Virus record (IMG/VR): IMGVR_UViG_3300048851_000095
Span: 1 to 58,717 of that record
Origin: a virus
Lineage: Duplodnaviria > Caudoviricetes
Reading direction: 5' to 3' (one strand)
DNA length: 58,717 nt
Positions 36,754 through 47,076 of this stretch are shown here, one piece after another. The notes under the pieces were generated by a model. That model saw only the letters and a list, made by a program, of their open reading frames with translations. It searched no databases and was not told the DNA's origin. The position numbers and the translations under genes are program-made. Numbering within the stretch: the stretch's first letter is position 1; each line of letters opens with the position of its first letter.

Positions 36754-37034
36754 CCCAGCAACCCACGGTTGGACGAGTGGTCCACTACCAGTCGTATGGC
36801 ACCCCGGGTGGTGAGTTCACGCCCGAACCGCGGGCCGCGATCATCACCGAGGTCGACGCCTGTGACGACTCCGCGGTCCCAGGCATCTGCGACACCGGCC
36901 ATATCGGCTGCCCCCGTGTCGGCCTGTGCGTCCTGAACCCGACGGGCCAGTACTTCAACCGTGACGTGCCGTACGCGCCGGAACCTACTCCCGGGCATTG
37001 GAACTGGCCGCCGCGTGTGGGGCCGGCGTCGTGA
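36750..37034 (+). CDS. Conserved small phage protein
   Basis: PTVGRVVHY..RAAIIT..L.V.NP.G..W.WPPRV. Confidence 0.8.
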   Translation: MTQQPTVGRVVHYQSYGTPGGEFTPEPRAAIITEVDACDDSAVPGICDTGHIGCPRVGLCVLNPTGQYFNRDVPYAPEPTPGHWNWPPRVGPAS

Positions 37035-37347
37035 TTGTCGCCATCCGTGCCTGGTGGCATCGCGCCGTGTGGCTCCATGACCAGGACCCACTGATGAACG
37101 ACGGCCTCGGCCCGGCCCGGATCGTCTGCTGGTGCAAAGGCCGCGACCACCAACCCACCGTCTGGGAGGCCTGACATGGACGAGTTCATTCCCGAAGGAT
37201 CGACACCACTCACGACAGTCACGGTCGTCCACTACTACCGCATGTACGAGACCAACAACGAACTCGGGTACCTCGGGGTGTGGCCAGACTAGTCATCCGA
37301 ACGACTGACACGCGGGCCGCGATGCGGCCGCCAGCTACAGTTCGCGA

Positions 37348-37998
37348 GTGGACTGGATGGAGTTTGTCTCGAGCATCGTGTCGTCTCTGGCATGGCCGGC
37401 AGTTGCGGCCGTCGCCATCGTCGTGCTCAGAAAGAACTTGCGAAACCTCGTAGAGAAGGTCGTCGAGCGAGTGCCAGACCTCGCCGAGATATCGGCGTTG
37501 GGCGCACATTTGAAGTTTGAGAAGAGCCTTACCGAACTCGAAAAGGATGCTCAGGTTATCGCGGTCGAGGCAGAAGGTTCAGCTACCGCCCAGACTCCCG
37601 AAGTAACGGCCGACGCAGAGGGTGCGCTGGGTGCTAACGGTACAATCTCGGCGACCGCCGAAGTGAAGTCGGCGATAGACGACGAGTTTCAGGCCAACGT
37701 TCTGCCCCGCAATCCCCGTGGCACCGTGATGAGTGCCTACCGGCAAGTGCAGAAGGCAGCGGCCGACGCCCTCGGTCGGCATACGGGTATCAGGCCAGCG
37801 GTGTACAGGGTCTCGCCACGGACGGTGGCATTGCAACTCACTGAAGGCGAGCTGGATCCTCAGCTCGAAAAAGTGTTGTTAGACCTCCGAAAAACTCGAA
37901 ATCTTGCGTCACACGAAGAGAGTGCTGTGACGCCCGAAGCTGCGGACCGCTACGCAAGAGTGGCAGAACGGGCCGTGGAGTACTTCGCCCAGCTGTAG
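37348..37998 (+). CDS. TM-anchored HEPN-like protein
   Basis: N-terminal SLAWP TM; LRKTRNLASH (RxxxxH). Confidence 0.6.
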   Translation: MDWMEFVSSIVSSLAWPAVAAVAIVVLRKNLRNLVEKVVERVPDLAEISALGAHLKFEKSLTELEKDAQVIAVEAEGSATAQTPEVTADAEGALGANGTISATAEVKSAIDDEFQANVLPRNPRGTVMSAYRQVQKAAADALGRHTGIRPAVYRVSPRTVALQLTEGELDPQLEKVLLDLRKTRNLASHEESAVTPEAADRYARVAERAVEYFAQL

Positions 37999-38048
37999 GT
38001 CATGTGGGGGGACAATGAAACAGTCACCCCTACGCACCGGAGGCTGCC

Positions 38049-38570
38049 ATGACGATCGGAAACAAGCACACCAACCCCCGCACCCAGGCCGAGCGGGCGG
38101 AACGAGAAATCAAGGCCTTCGACATGCTCCTCGCCGGCGCCACATACGAACAGATCTCAAACGAGCTTGGGTACGGCGACAAGAGCAACGCCCACAAGGC
38201 CATGAAGATCGTCCTGCAACGCCGCATGCGTGAACGCGACGACGTCGCCGACCTCGCCCTTACCATGATGATCGAGCGCATCGAGGGGATGCTCCGCGTC
38301 TACTACCCCAAGGCCCTCGACGGCGACCTCAAAGCAGCCGAGTTTGTGCTGAAAACCTTGGACCGCGAAGCGAAACTCATGGGCCTCGACGCCCCGACCC
38401 GCGTCGACGCGACTGTCGTCACCGTCACCGAGACGGACCTGGAGATCCAGCACCTCACACAGCGTCTGCTGTCCGGCGCGGCCGAACGCGGCATCGAGAT
38501 CGACCCGGCGAAACTCCCAACGCTGACCGCGCTCGCGAACCCAGAGCAGCCGACCGCCGATGAGGACTGA
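38049..38570 (+). CDS. Terminase small subunit
   Basis: HTH (GATYEQIS.ELGY), AKLMGLDAP; overlaps terL. Confidence 0.8.
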   Translation: MTIGNKHTNPRTQAERAEREIKAFDMLLAGATYEQISNELGYGDKSNAHKAMKIVLQRRMRERDDVADLALTMMIERIEGMLRVYYPKALDGDLKAAEFVLKTLDREAKLMGLDAPTRVDATVVTVTETDLEIQHLTQRLLSGAAERGIEIDPAKLPTLTALANPEQPTADED

Positions 38571-40116
38571 AGCCGAAAAACGGGAGATCAAACTCCGCCT
38601 CGCCGAAGCATGCCTCAAAGTCGGCATCCCCATCACCGACGTCATGGGCTCACCCCTACAGGTCGCGATCGGCAACGACCCCACTCGCACAACCCGAGAA
38701 CACCTCGAGGTCATCGACAACGCCCTGTCGGAGACGATCGCGACACCCAACGCGAAGCTCATGGTGTTCGCCCCACCCCAGTCGGGGAAGAGCGAACTGG
38801 TGTCCCGATGGTTCCCGTTCTGGTGGCTCACCCAAAAACCACAAGACCGCATCATCCTCGCCTCGTACGCAAAGACACTCGCGATGGGCCACTCCGCCGC
38901 CTGCCGCGACTTCATCATGCAACACGGCGCCGCGTACGGCCTGCGGCTCCGACCCGACGAAGCGAGCAAAAGCGACTGGACCATCACCCTCGGCGGCGGT
39001 ATCCGATCCCGCGGCGTCCGAGCAGGATCCACCGGCTTCCCCTCCGACCTCACGATCGTCGACGACCCCTACCGAGATCGCGCCGAGGCGGACTCCCCGA
39101 AGATCCGAAACGGCGTATGGGACTGGTACTCGAGTGCTGTCGTCACCCGTCTCGCACCCGAAGCCCGGACTGTCATCACCCTGACCCGTTGGCACCAGGA
39201 CGATCTCGCCGGTGAGCTGCTCAAGCGGGAGGGGCGGATCGAGGAAGGCGGCGAGTGGCGAGTCATCACCCTGCCGGCCATCGCGCAGACACCGAACCTC
39301 GAGAAGAAGATCTACCCCGACAGCCTCGGCCGCGAACCGGGCGAACCGCTGTCCCACCCCCGCATCCCAGCCGATGACCGCGACGCGCTCCTCAAGCACT
39401 GGGAAGGCCGCCGGCGGGCGCTGACGAACCGAGACTGGAACGCCCTGTGCCAGTGCGCGCCCGTCGATTCTGAAGGTGCATTGCTCACGTCGACGGCGAT
39501 CTTCGACGCGACAGCCGAACCACCGGAGAAGTGGAAACGCCGCGGCGTCGGTGTTGACCCGGGCGGCGGCGGCCGTGACAGCGTCGGCATCATCGGCGGC
39601 GGCCTTGACTACGACGGCCGCAGCTGGTGGACGCACGACCGGACCGCGAAACTCCGATCCGACAAATGGCCGCAGACCGCATGCAAATTGGCGTTCGAGA
39701 TCGACGCCACGGAGATCGTGGTGGAAAAGAACTTCGGTGGCGACATGGGGCGGAACCTCATCTCGCAGGCGTGGCAGCAGCTGCAGCGCGACAACGTGAT
39801 CCCGCAGACCTTGTTGTGTCCGCTGGTCCGTGAGGTCGTGGCCCGCAAGTCCAAAATCCTTCGCGCCGAACCGATCGCGCAGGCGGTCCTCACCGGCCGG
39901 CAGTGGTTCGCGCCGGGCCTGACGACACTCGAAACGGAGTGGCAGCAGTGGGAGCCGGGTTCGGAGTGGTCACCGGGTGCGCTCGACGCGGGCGTTCACC
40001 TCGCGACCGAACTGTTGCCGACGATTCCGCGTGGTGCGCGGACGACGAACCCAGCGAAGAAACGGAAGTCGGAGGCCCGCGCGACGGGCATAGCGGCGCG
40101 TCGCCGTACCGCATAA
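38560..40116 (+). CDS. Terminase large subunit
   Basis: PPQSGKS Walker A, IVDDP Walker B, TRWH.DDL, GVDP nuclease. Confidence 0.95.
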   Translation: MRTEAEKREIKLRLAEACLKVGIPITDVMGSPLQVAIGNDPTRTTREHLEVIDNALSETIATPNAKLMVFAPPQSGKSELVSRWFPFWWLTQKPQDRIILASYAKTLAMGHSAACRDFIMQHGAAYGLRLRPDEASKSDWTITLGGGIRSRGVRAGSTGFPSDLTIVDDPYRDRAEADSPKIRNGVWDWYSSAVVTRLAPEARTVITLTRWHQDDLAGELLKREGRIEEGGEWRVITLPAIAQTPNLEKKIYPDSLGREPGEPLSHPRIPADDRDALLKHWEGRRRALTNRDWNALCQCAPVDSEGALLTSTAIFDATAEPPEKWKRRGVGVDPGGGGRDSVGIIGGGLDYDGRSWWTHDRTAKLRSDKWPQTACKLAFEIDATEIVVEKNFGGDMGRNLISQAWQQLQRDNVIPQTLLCPLVREVVARKSKILRAEPIAQAVLTGRQWFAPGLTTLETEWQQWEPGSEWSPGALDAGVHLATELLPTIPRGARTTNPAKKRKSEARATGIAARRRTA

Positions 40117-40186
40117 TGACAGGTAACAGTTGCGACAGTAACCCCGCATAAGTAGTGTCCGAGTCAACCAAACCTTGGAGGACACA

Positions 40187-40315
40187 ATGCACACCGACGA
40201 CGACCTGACCTTGGTCGACTGGCTGAAACTCATTGCAATAGCAGCGATCGCGCTTGCCGGCGCGTACGGACTGTTCTTCGCGTCCGCGCTCATCACCCTG
40301 GCGGTACTCGGATGA
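40187..40315 (+). CDS. Small membrane protein
   Basis: GGAGG RBS; hydrophobic 42 aa; ATGA coupling. Confidence 0.55.
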   Translation: MHTDDDLTLVDWLKLIAIAAIALAGAYGLFFASALITLAVLG

Positions 40316-40785
40316 GCGTCAACGAAACCGGGCCGTGGCTGCGGCCGAACGGCATCCTTGTTCGAAAGGTCCGAGATGCGTTCCTCGCATACATTCCGGG
40401 CAACGAAGACTGGTACTGGCGTGGCGCCACGCTCCCAACGGACGCTGCGCCGCTCGTACCCCAGGTCGGTGACCCTGACGCGAACAAGCCCAGAGATCTA
40501 CGGTTCGCGGCGTCCATCGTTCGCGACTACTGCGAAACCCGGCGTGTGAACTACTGCGATGCCGACGACCTGCATCGCGAGGCCGACCAACTCGAACGTG
40601 AACGTGAAAGCGAGGAGCAGCAACAAGTGGAGGCGCAGTTGGTCGCGCATCTGGCTGGCCTCTTGGAGCAGGCGACGAAGCAGCTTGGCACCACCCTCGG
40701 TGTGAAGTTGGACGTCGGCAGCTGGGAGGGGACCGCCCGCGCTGTGATAGCCCAGTTCGACATCACCCCGAAAGCTGGTGCGTGA
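40312..40785 (+). CDS. Hypothetical protein
   Basis: Coupled ORF. Confidence 0.65.
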   Translation: MSVNETGPWLRPNGILVRKVRDAFLAYIPGNEDWYWRGATLPTDAAPLVPQVGDPDANKPRDLRFAASIVRDYCETRRVNYCDADDLHREADQLERERESEEQQQVEAQLVAHLAGLLEQATKQLGTTLGVKLDVGSWEGTARAVIAQFDITPKAGA

Positions 40786-41120
40786 TGAGTGAGCTATCGG
40801 ACATCATCGCCGGACACGGCCACAGAGAACGCGAACCAGGTATCGCGAGATGTGAATGCGGCTGGTCGCAAACGGCCGACGACATCGTTCGCGCGCACGC
40901 CGAACACGTTGCGCTGACCATAGAAGCCGAAGGCATGAGCGTCGTCGAGCTGCGCGTCCCGTTGTCGCAGCTCGACATGTCAATTGTCCAGGGCGACGCT
41001 GAAGCAGCGAACCGCCTCGCGAAGCTGATCCAGGACAACCACTCCGAGTTCGTCACGTTCTCGAACCGGTACCGGATCGCAGGCGCAATCCTCGAAGACG
41101 GGTGGACCCGCGATGAGTGA
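40782..41120 (+). CDS. Hypothetical protein
   Basis: H..CECG..HAEHVA motif. Confidence 0.6.
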   Translation: MMSELSDIIAGHGHREREPGIARCECGWSQTADDIVRAHAEHVALTIEAEGMSVVELRVPLSQLDMSIVQGDAEAANRLAKLIQDNHSEFVTFSNRYRIAGAILEDGWTRDE

Positions 41121-41754
41121 CTACCCAGCCGGTATGACGTTGCGGCCGATCGAGCAGTGGCCCGGCCGGCTCACCGCGAACCGGGTGTCGTCTCAGTTTT
41201 CGGCTCCCTGGCGGTCGACGCTGCAGCTGTTGGACCGGGAGCTGTGGAACCTTGGCCGCGGGAACCGCAACGCACCCGCCGTCCTGCAGATCGCGATGCG
41301 GGAACAGGACTTCCGGAACGACGGCATGCCCCGCGCCAATGCGAAGCCTGACCACCCGGGTGTGATTCTGGCGATCGAGTCCACGAAGGGCCCGTTGTCG
41401 TTTCCGTGCGACAAGTTCACCACGTGGCAGGACAACCTCCGGGCGATCGCACTGGCACTCGAGGCGCTCCGGAAAATCGACCGCTACGGCATCACACCAG
41501 GGGATGAGCAGTACACCGGGTGGAAGCAGCTCGGGGCCGCGCCAGCCGGACCGCAGATTACCGTGGTGGAGGCGGAAGCAACACTGCGCCGGATCGCAGC
41601 TGCCTTCGACGACTCCCTCTCACTCGGCACGCTCGCCCAGGTGTACCGGAGGGCCCGCGCGCATGCCCACCCAGACCGGCACAACGACGACCGAACAGAC
41701 TGGGACGCAGTAGAAGCGGCCGCGGACGTTCTGAAAGCAGTGGGGCGGCTGTGA
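41113..41754 (+). CDS. Phage protein with C-terminal J-domain-like HPD motif
   Basis: DNLRAIAL.LEALR..DRYG; YRRA...AHPD. Confidence 0.8.
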   Translation: MSDYPAGMTLRPIEQWPGRLTANRVSSQFSAPWRSTLQLLDRELWNLGRGNRNAPAVLQIAMREQDFRNDGMPRANAKPDHPGVILAIESTKGPLSFPCDKFTTWQDNLRAIALALEALRKIDRYGITPGDEQYTGWKQLGAAPAGPQITVVEAEATLRRIAAAFDDSLSLGTLAQVYRRARAHAHPDRHNDDRTDWDAVEAAADVLKAVGRL

Positions 41755-41774
41755 TCAACATGCGGACACCTCGA

Positions 41775-42455
41775 TCACTTGGTAGTCGTCTCGCCCTCGG
41801 AATGTTTCGGCGGAGCTTCCGGCGTCTGCTTGTCATACACCGCCTCGGCGGCACCCGTCGACGCTTGGGTCTCTTTAGACTTTCCCTCTGCGTCGCCAGC
41901 GTTCTTCGTCGTGAAACACGCGGTCCGCTTACGGTCATACTCCGCAATGCCGCTGCGAAGGACCGCGATCTCATCAGCGTTCGCTGCCGCCTTCCACGGA
42001 AACTTCAACTTGCGCCAGCGAGTTTGCAACACATCGGGGGTTGGATCGGATTGAGCAAGTGCGCCTGCGACCAGACCGACGAGAACTGGAATCAGGATGT
42101 GCCATCCCCCGGCCTCCTCGGTCCAGGCTCTGTAAGCGGGAATAGCCAGCAAGCCTACGAGAAAGACCGAGGTTCCGAGCAGAGCGAGCAGAGCGGCGCC
42201 TGGGCGGAACGCGCGGTACCTCACTTCCTCTTTCGCGTATCTCCGAAGACGAAGGTCTGCGTAGGACGTAAGCCAAAACCGCATCTCGTCACCCGGCGGG
42301 AGCATTTCTGCGATCTCGAGGTCGGTCTTGATCGACTCCCAGTTGCCCCGTCGCCTCGATCTATGGCCGACCCGCCAGCCCAACGCGACGAACGTTGCGC
42401 CAATAACAGCCCCGATGATGGGTGCCGCGACCTTTCCCCACTCCATCCAGTCCAT
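41775..42455 (-). CDS. Membrane protein (3 TM), moron-like
   Basis: Three hydrophobic segments; antisense to flanking genes. Confidence 0.65.
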   Translation of the reverse strand: MDWMEWGKVAAPIIGAVIGATFVALGWRVGHRSRRRGNWESIKTDLEIAEMLPPGDEMRFWLTSYADLRLRRYAKEEVRYRAFRPGAALLALLGTSVFLVGLLAIPAYRAWTEEAGGWHILIPVLVGLVAGALAQSDPTPDVLQTRWRKLKFPWKAAANADEIAVLRSGIAEYDRKRTACFTTKNAGDAEGKSKETQASTGAAEAVYDKQTPEAPPKHSEGETTTK

Positions 42456-42488
42456 CGCGCCATTGTCGCAGCCTGACAGCGTACTGCG

Positions 42489-42749
42489 GTGACCTTGCGC
42501 CTGACTGACGCCGACCGGTTCTGGGTGTTGACCCCGACCGGTCGACGTCTGCATGCCCCCGACCCTTCGGGCCAGTTCGCACGCACCCTCTGCGGCCGCC
42601 CAGTCCGCCGCACCGGCCGCAACCACAATTCCACACCACGCTGCCTCTACTGCTGTCATCTGACCGGACTACCCGCCGGCAACGGACCGCCGATCAAGGA
42701 CCCGAGAGCAAGACAGAAACTCGGGCAGGGTGCGAAGATCGCTCGGTGA
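42489..42749 (+). CDS. Small Cys/His protein
   Basis: RLH..TLCG..CLYC. Confidence 0.55.
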   Translation: MTLRLTDADRFWVLTPTGRRLHAPDPSGQFARTLCGRPVRRTGRNHNSTPRCLYCCHLTGLPAGNGPPIKDPRARQKLGQGAKIAR

Positions 42750-44023
42750 GTGAAGAGAAGACGCCTGAGGACCAGCCTTCCAAGGAAGCTGCTCGGGTAC
42801 CTGAGTCGGCCGAGACTACGACACCATCAGCTCAAGTCCAGGCGGCCCAGGACGGCGTCGATGCAAAGCGCATGTCGCTCGTGAAACTCGTAGTCGCGGG
42901 CACTGTCGGCGTCACCGCAGTCGGTGCCTTGATCTTTCTCTGGTTCGCATTCCTGCTGTCTGATGTCGAGTGGTCCGTCACCTTCGATTGGATAGCCAGC
43001 GTAGAAGGCGATGATTGGTTCAATGCGGCGCGCACGACCGCAACGCTTCTCGCGATTATCGGTATCGGCGGCGCGGCACTGGTCGCCTACCGTCGGCAAG
43101 ACACCACCGAATTGACTCATCGACTTGCGCAGAAACAGCATGCGGTTGCAATCGAAGCGCAGCAGACCGGTGTGGCCGCACAGAAGGTTGCGGCAGCCCA
43201 GGCATCCACCGCCGCCGAGCAGCTAAAACTTGATTCTCGCAAGTACGAACTCGACCGGGAGCGACACGATCTCGAAAAGTCTCGCCGAGCCGATGATCAG
43301 GGGCGCATATTACGCGAGCGATTTTCGACCGTCGCAGAACAACTGGGATCTGACCGCCCAATGCTCAGAGTTGCCAGTGTCCATGCCTTCGCGGCATTGG
43401 CGGACGACTGGCACCGCTTCGGAAAAGACGAAGAACGTCAGGTTTGCATTGATCTCTTATGTGGCCAGCTGCAAAATCCGGACACCGACGAAGACGTGCG
43501 CAAAGCGATTATTGGTGTGCTTAAAAGTCATCGGGCGCCGGTGTCGGCGCAGACTGATTTTGATCGCGACTGGAATGAGTGTGCGGTCGATCTCAACGGT
43601 TCAAATCTCAGGGGTGCCAATCTAAGCAGGGCCAAATTGACCAACGTGACATTTGACAGTTGCGATATGACTGCCGTGAACCTGAGTTGGGCTAACTGTC
43701 GCGGGGCGAGTTTTGCTCGCGCAACGCTAACCGACGCCGATTTAATCCACGCCGATATGTCTGTCGCGAACCTTACTGCTGCTGTACTGGACAACGTTCC
43801 GATGGTGCGAACTCAACTCGTTGGAGCGTCAGCGACTTATGCGTCATTCGTCGGATCCGTTTTGCGCGGAGCTAATTTCTCATCTGCTTCCCTCGGCGGT
43901 GCCGATTTCACTAACGCCGACATCGATGATGAATGCAGATGGGAAGGAATTTTCTGGGACAGCGCAACAAAGTGGCCAGATAATTTTGATCCACCGGCTT
44001 CTCGATTGGAGGGGGAGTGGTGA
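42746..44023 (+). CDS. Membrane-anchored pentapeptide-repeat protein
   Basis: 2 TM, coiled coil, ERF..EQLGS..LADDW, A(N/D)Lxx repeats. Confidence 0.9.
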   Translation: MSEEKTPEDQPSKEAARVPESAETTTPSAQVQAAQDGVDAKRMSLVKLVVAGTVGVTAVGALIFLWFAFLLSDVEWSVTFDWIASVEGDDWFNAARTTATLLAIIGIGGAALVAYRRQDTTELTHRLAQKQHAVAIEAQQTGVAAQKVAAAQASTAAEQLKLDSRKYELDRERHDLEKSRRADDQGRILRERFSTVAEQLGSDRPMLRVASVHAFAALADDWHRFGKDEERQVCIDLLCGQLQNPDTDEDVRKAIIGVLKSHRAPVSAQTDFDRDWNECAVDLNGSNLRGANLSRAKLTNVTFDSCDMTAVNLSWANCRGASFARATLTDADLIHADMSVANLTAAVLDNVPMVRTQLVGASATYASFVGSVLRGANFSSASLGGADFTNADIDDECRWEGIFWDSATKWPDNFDPPASRLEGEW

Positions 44024-44107
44024 AGTTTACTGTCGACGTGGGCGCATCGTCCGGTTCGCGAGCGCAACGGGGCTTAGAATACACAGCGACTATGGGAAGC
44101 TGTTGCG

Positions 44108-45046
44108 ATGAATGACCAGCAGCAGCCGGCGCGCACGATGCAACCACCCACGTCGGAAGAGGTCATTGGGGCGCTTCAATCTGCTGGCTGGCTGTTAGAG
44201 CAAGAGGCTGAGTCCGCGTTCGAGCTGCGTGGTTTTCACACTCAAATCAACTCGGCGTTTACAGATCCCGACGACAAATCGAAATCGCGCGAGATTGACG
44301 TGATGGCTTACAAACAGGTCTATCGAAACGAAGACCTCCGATATTCGATCGGGGTGCGTTGCCTGGTCGAATGTAAACAGTCGTCGAAGCCGTATGCTCT
44401 GGTCGGCAAAGAGCCGAACAACGTCGACAAAGCGCAGGCTCGGAAGGAGCAGGTGTTCCGGTTCCCGCATGTGGTGGTCGGAACAACCGAGCTTCCGGAT
44501 GGACGAAGTGTCCCGAAAACTGTTACTGCACGCGAACACACTGGCCTGCAGCGCCTGACGGAGGCCCCGTGGAATCAGCCTATCGTGGCCACGCAGATGA
44601 CCCGTCTCGACTTTAAGAAACCGAAATGGTCAGCTGAGAATGAGGGGATTTTCAACGGTCTTGTAATCCCCCTAGCGAAGGCCACTCAGCATTATCGCGC
44701 TCAAGCTCTTAACTATGGCTCGTCGAGTCACGATCCCACACGAGGGGACTGGGCAAGCATCGTCTTTATGTACCCGATGGTTGTGACGTCAGCTGATCTT
44801 TATCTGGTCGACGCGAACCGGCGCCCGTATGCCGCCGAAAAGGTTCAGTGGGCTCCTCTCGTACGTGAGCTCAAAGCGGGAAAGCTTGACGGTAAGTACT
44901 ACATCGACATCGTCAACGGCGATGCGCTAGACGGCTACATCGACAAGCACGTACTGCCATTCGCTTTAGCGGCCCAGGCGCGAGCAGAAGCCGACCCGAT
45001 GCTCTTCATTACTTCCGGCAACCGGGTCCAGCACCCCAACCTGTAG
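44108..45046 (+). CDS. PD-(D/E)xK nuclease-fold protein
   Basis: GWLLE..REIDVMA..LVECK. Confidence 0.7.
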   Translation: MNDQQQPARTMQPPTSEEVIGALQSAGWLLEQEAESAFELRGFHTQINSAFTDPDDKSKSREIDVMAYKQVYRNEDLRYSIGVRCLVECKQSSKPYALVGKEPNNVDKAQARKEQVFRFPHVVVGTTELPDGRSVPKTVTAREHTGLQRLTEAPWNQPIVATQMTRLDFKKPKWSAENEGIFNGLVIPLAKATQHYRAQALNYGSSSHDPTRGDWASIVFMYPMVVTSADLYLVDANRRPYAAEKVQWAPLVRELKAGKLDGKYYIDIVNGDALDGYIDKHVLPFALAAQARAEADPMLFITSGNRVQHPNL

Positions 45047-45093
45047 ATCAGAGACACCACGCCAGGTTGCAGACGGCACCGACTTCCTAAGCG

Positions 45094-45117
45094 GTGGTTA
45101 CAGTAATCAGTAACCAC
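45094..45117. promoter_or_regulatory. Palindromic operator-like site before head genes
   Basis: GTGGTTAC-AGTAATCA-GTAACCAC. Confidence 0.6.
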
Positions 45118-45137
45118 AGCAAACTGGAAGGTGCTCC

Positions 45138-45440
45138 GTGTCGGTCTCCGTTTTCTTCATCACGCTCGGCCTCGTCGCCCGCGTCACCCGACTGGTGAAC
45201 CGCGACTACATCACCCGCCACTTCCGCGCCTTCATCTACCGCCACACCAAACCCGACAGCGACCTCGACTACGGCATCTCCTGCCCTTGGTGTGCATCGA
45301 TTTGGATTGCCGGCGGACTGTTCAGCGTCGCCTACTTCTACGGCCACACCGCCGCATACGTGATCGTCGCGTCCGCGTTCACCGCATCCCATCTCGTCGG
45401 TCTCGCCGCCACCTGGCTCGACCCCATCGACGAGAGCTGA
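45138..45440 (+). CDS. DUF1360-like membrane protein
   Basis: RVTRLV..D.I..CPWC.SIW. Confidence 0.8.
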   Translation: MSVSVFFITLGLVARVTRLVNRDYITRHFRAFIYRHTKPDSDLDYGISCPWCASIWIAGGLFSVAYFYGHTAAYVIVASAFTASHLVGLAATWLDPIDES

Positions 45441-45444
45441 CCCG

Positions 45445-47076
45445 ATGAGACCAGCACCCGAATCCACCTCCCGCACAGAACGCCGCGCCACCCAGAAACC
45501 ACGCGGCCGCCTGGCACGCCGCATCCGTGCCCGCGCATCCTCAGAACCATCGACCGTCTCCATCCCCATCGACGCCCGCCCGGCAGGTGTCGCCACCTTC
45601 AGTGGGTCAGGCCGCACCGCCGTCACTGCAGCCGCCCAAGTTCTCAACACCCCATCCATTGCCCGCAAAAAAATCCGGCCCGGCCGCCAACCCTGGCAGC
45701 AAGAAGCCTGGCAACTCCGTCGCGTCACCGGTGAGATGCGATTCGCGGGTGACCGACAGGCCCGCGCTGTCGCGCAAACCCGTCTGTTCATCGCCGAACG
45801 CACCGAACCCGGCGCCGACCCCACCCCCGTCACCGACGACCCCACCATCGTCGCGCTATCTGAGGCCATGTTCGGCGACGCGGCTGCCGTCCAGCAGTCA
45901 CTGAAACGCGCTGCGCAGCACATCATCCACAACGGCGAAACCACCATCATCGTCAAACAAGACGGCGAACGATTCACCTGGTCCGCCCACTCTGTGTCCG
46001 AAGTGAGCGGCCAGGCCGGCAGCTGGAAAATCAACGACGGCATCACCACCCGCAACGTCGACGACAGCGAAATCCTCATCCGCTGCTGGACCCCCGACCC
46101 CGAGTTCGAACAACTCGCCGACTCACCCGTCCGCGCGATCCTGCCGCACGCCCGAGAACTCGAAGGCCTCGGCAAATACGTGTCCGCTCAGATTGATTCA
46201 CGCCTCGCCGGTGCTGGCCTGTTGGCGATCCCGGAAGGGCTCTCGGTAGTTCGGCCTGCAAGTACCGGTGGGGATGACGAAGACGACGACAAGCCGGACG
46301 ACGACTACACACTCGCTGACGAGCTCGCCGACGCGATGATCACCCCACTGACCGATCGTGAATCAGCGGCGTCGGTCGTGCCATTCATCATCGAGGGGCC
46401 CGCCGACCAGCTGGAGAAAATTCAGCACATCACCTTCGACTCACCACTCGACGAGAACGCACCGAAGCTCCGCGAAGAACTGATCCGCCGCATCGCCCTC
46501 GGCATGGATTCCGACCCGTCTGTCGTCCTCGGCATGGCCACATCGAATCACTGGACCGGATGGCTGATCTCCGAAGACGAAGTGCGTCTCGGTGTCGCAC
46601 CCATCGACGGAACCCTGTGCCACGCCTTCACCGTCGGCTGGCTCCGCCCCATGTTCGAAGAACTCGGCCTCGACACCAACCGCTACCAGGTGTGGTACGA
46701 CACCACACCTCTCGAACTGCGGCCGGACCGGTCGAAGGACGCGCAGTCATTGCACGAGAAGGGCGCGGTGTCCGACGAGACACTGCGCCGCGAGAACGGA
46801 TTCGGCGACGACGACGCTCCGTCGAAGGAAGAGCAGGAGCGGAACCTGTTGATCCAGCTGTTGATCGGCGCCCCGACACTCGCACCGATCCTGCTGCCGA
46901 AGCTGGGAATCGAGATCGCCCAGCCTGTTCTCGACGAAGCGAAGGACATCAAGGACGTCGTCGACGGCACCGACACCGCCCCGGCCGCGGACACCACACC
47001 GCCCGCACCCGTGACCGACAACACCCCACCGGGCACGAAAGACACTCCACCACCAGCAGCGGAGAGCGGAGCATGA
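45445..47076 (+). CDS. Portal protein
   Basis: WQ.EAW, GEMRF, ADSPVRA, SRLAGAG.L, R.ALGMD, NHW; synteny. Confidence 0.85.
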   Translation: MRPAPESTSRTERRATQKPRGRLARRIRARASSEPSTVSIPIDARPAGVATFSGSGRTAVTAAAQVLNTPSIARKKIRPGRQPWQQEAWQLRRVTGEMRFAGDRQARAVAQTRLFIAERTEPGADPTPVTDDPTIVALSEAMFGDAAAVQQSLKRAAQHIIHNGETTIIVKQDGERFTWSAHSVSEVSGQAGSWKINDGITTRNVDDSEILIRCWTPDPEFEQLADSPVRAILPHARELEGLGKYVSAQIDSRLAGAGLLAIPEGLSVVRPASTGGDDEDDDKPDDDYTLADELADAMITPLTDRESAASVVPFIIEGPADQLEKIQHITFDSPLDENAPKLREELIRRIALGMDSDPSVVLGMATSNHWTGWLISEDEVRLGVAPIDGTLCHAFTVGWLRPMFEELGLDTNRYQVWYDTTPLELRPDRSKDAQSLHEKGAVSDETLRRENGFGDDDAPSKEEQERNLLIQLLIGAPTLAPILLPKLGIEIAQPVLDEAKDIKDVVDGTDTAPAADTTPPAPVTDNTPPGTKDTPPPAAESGA

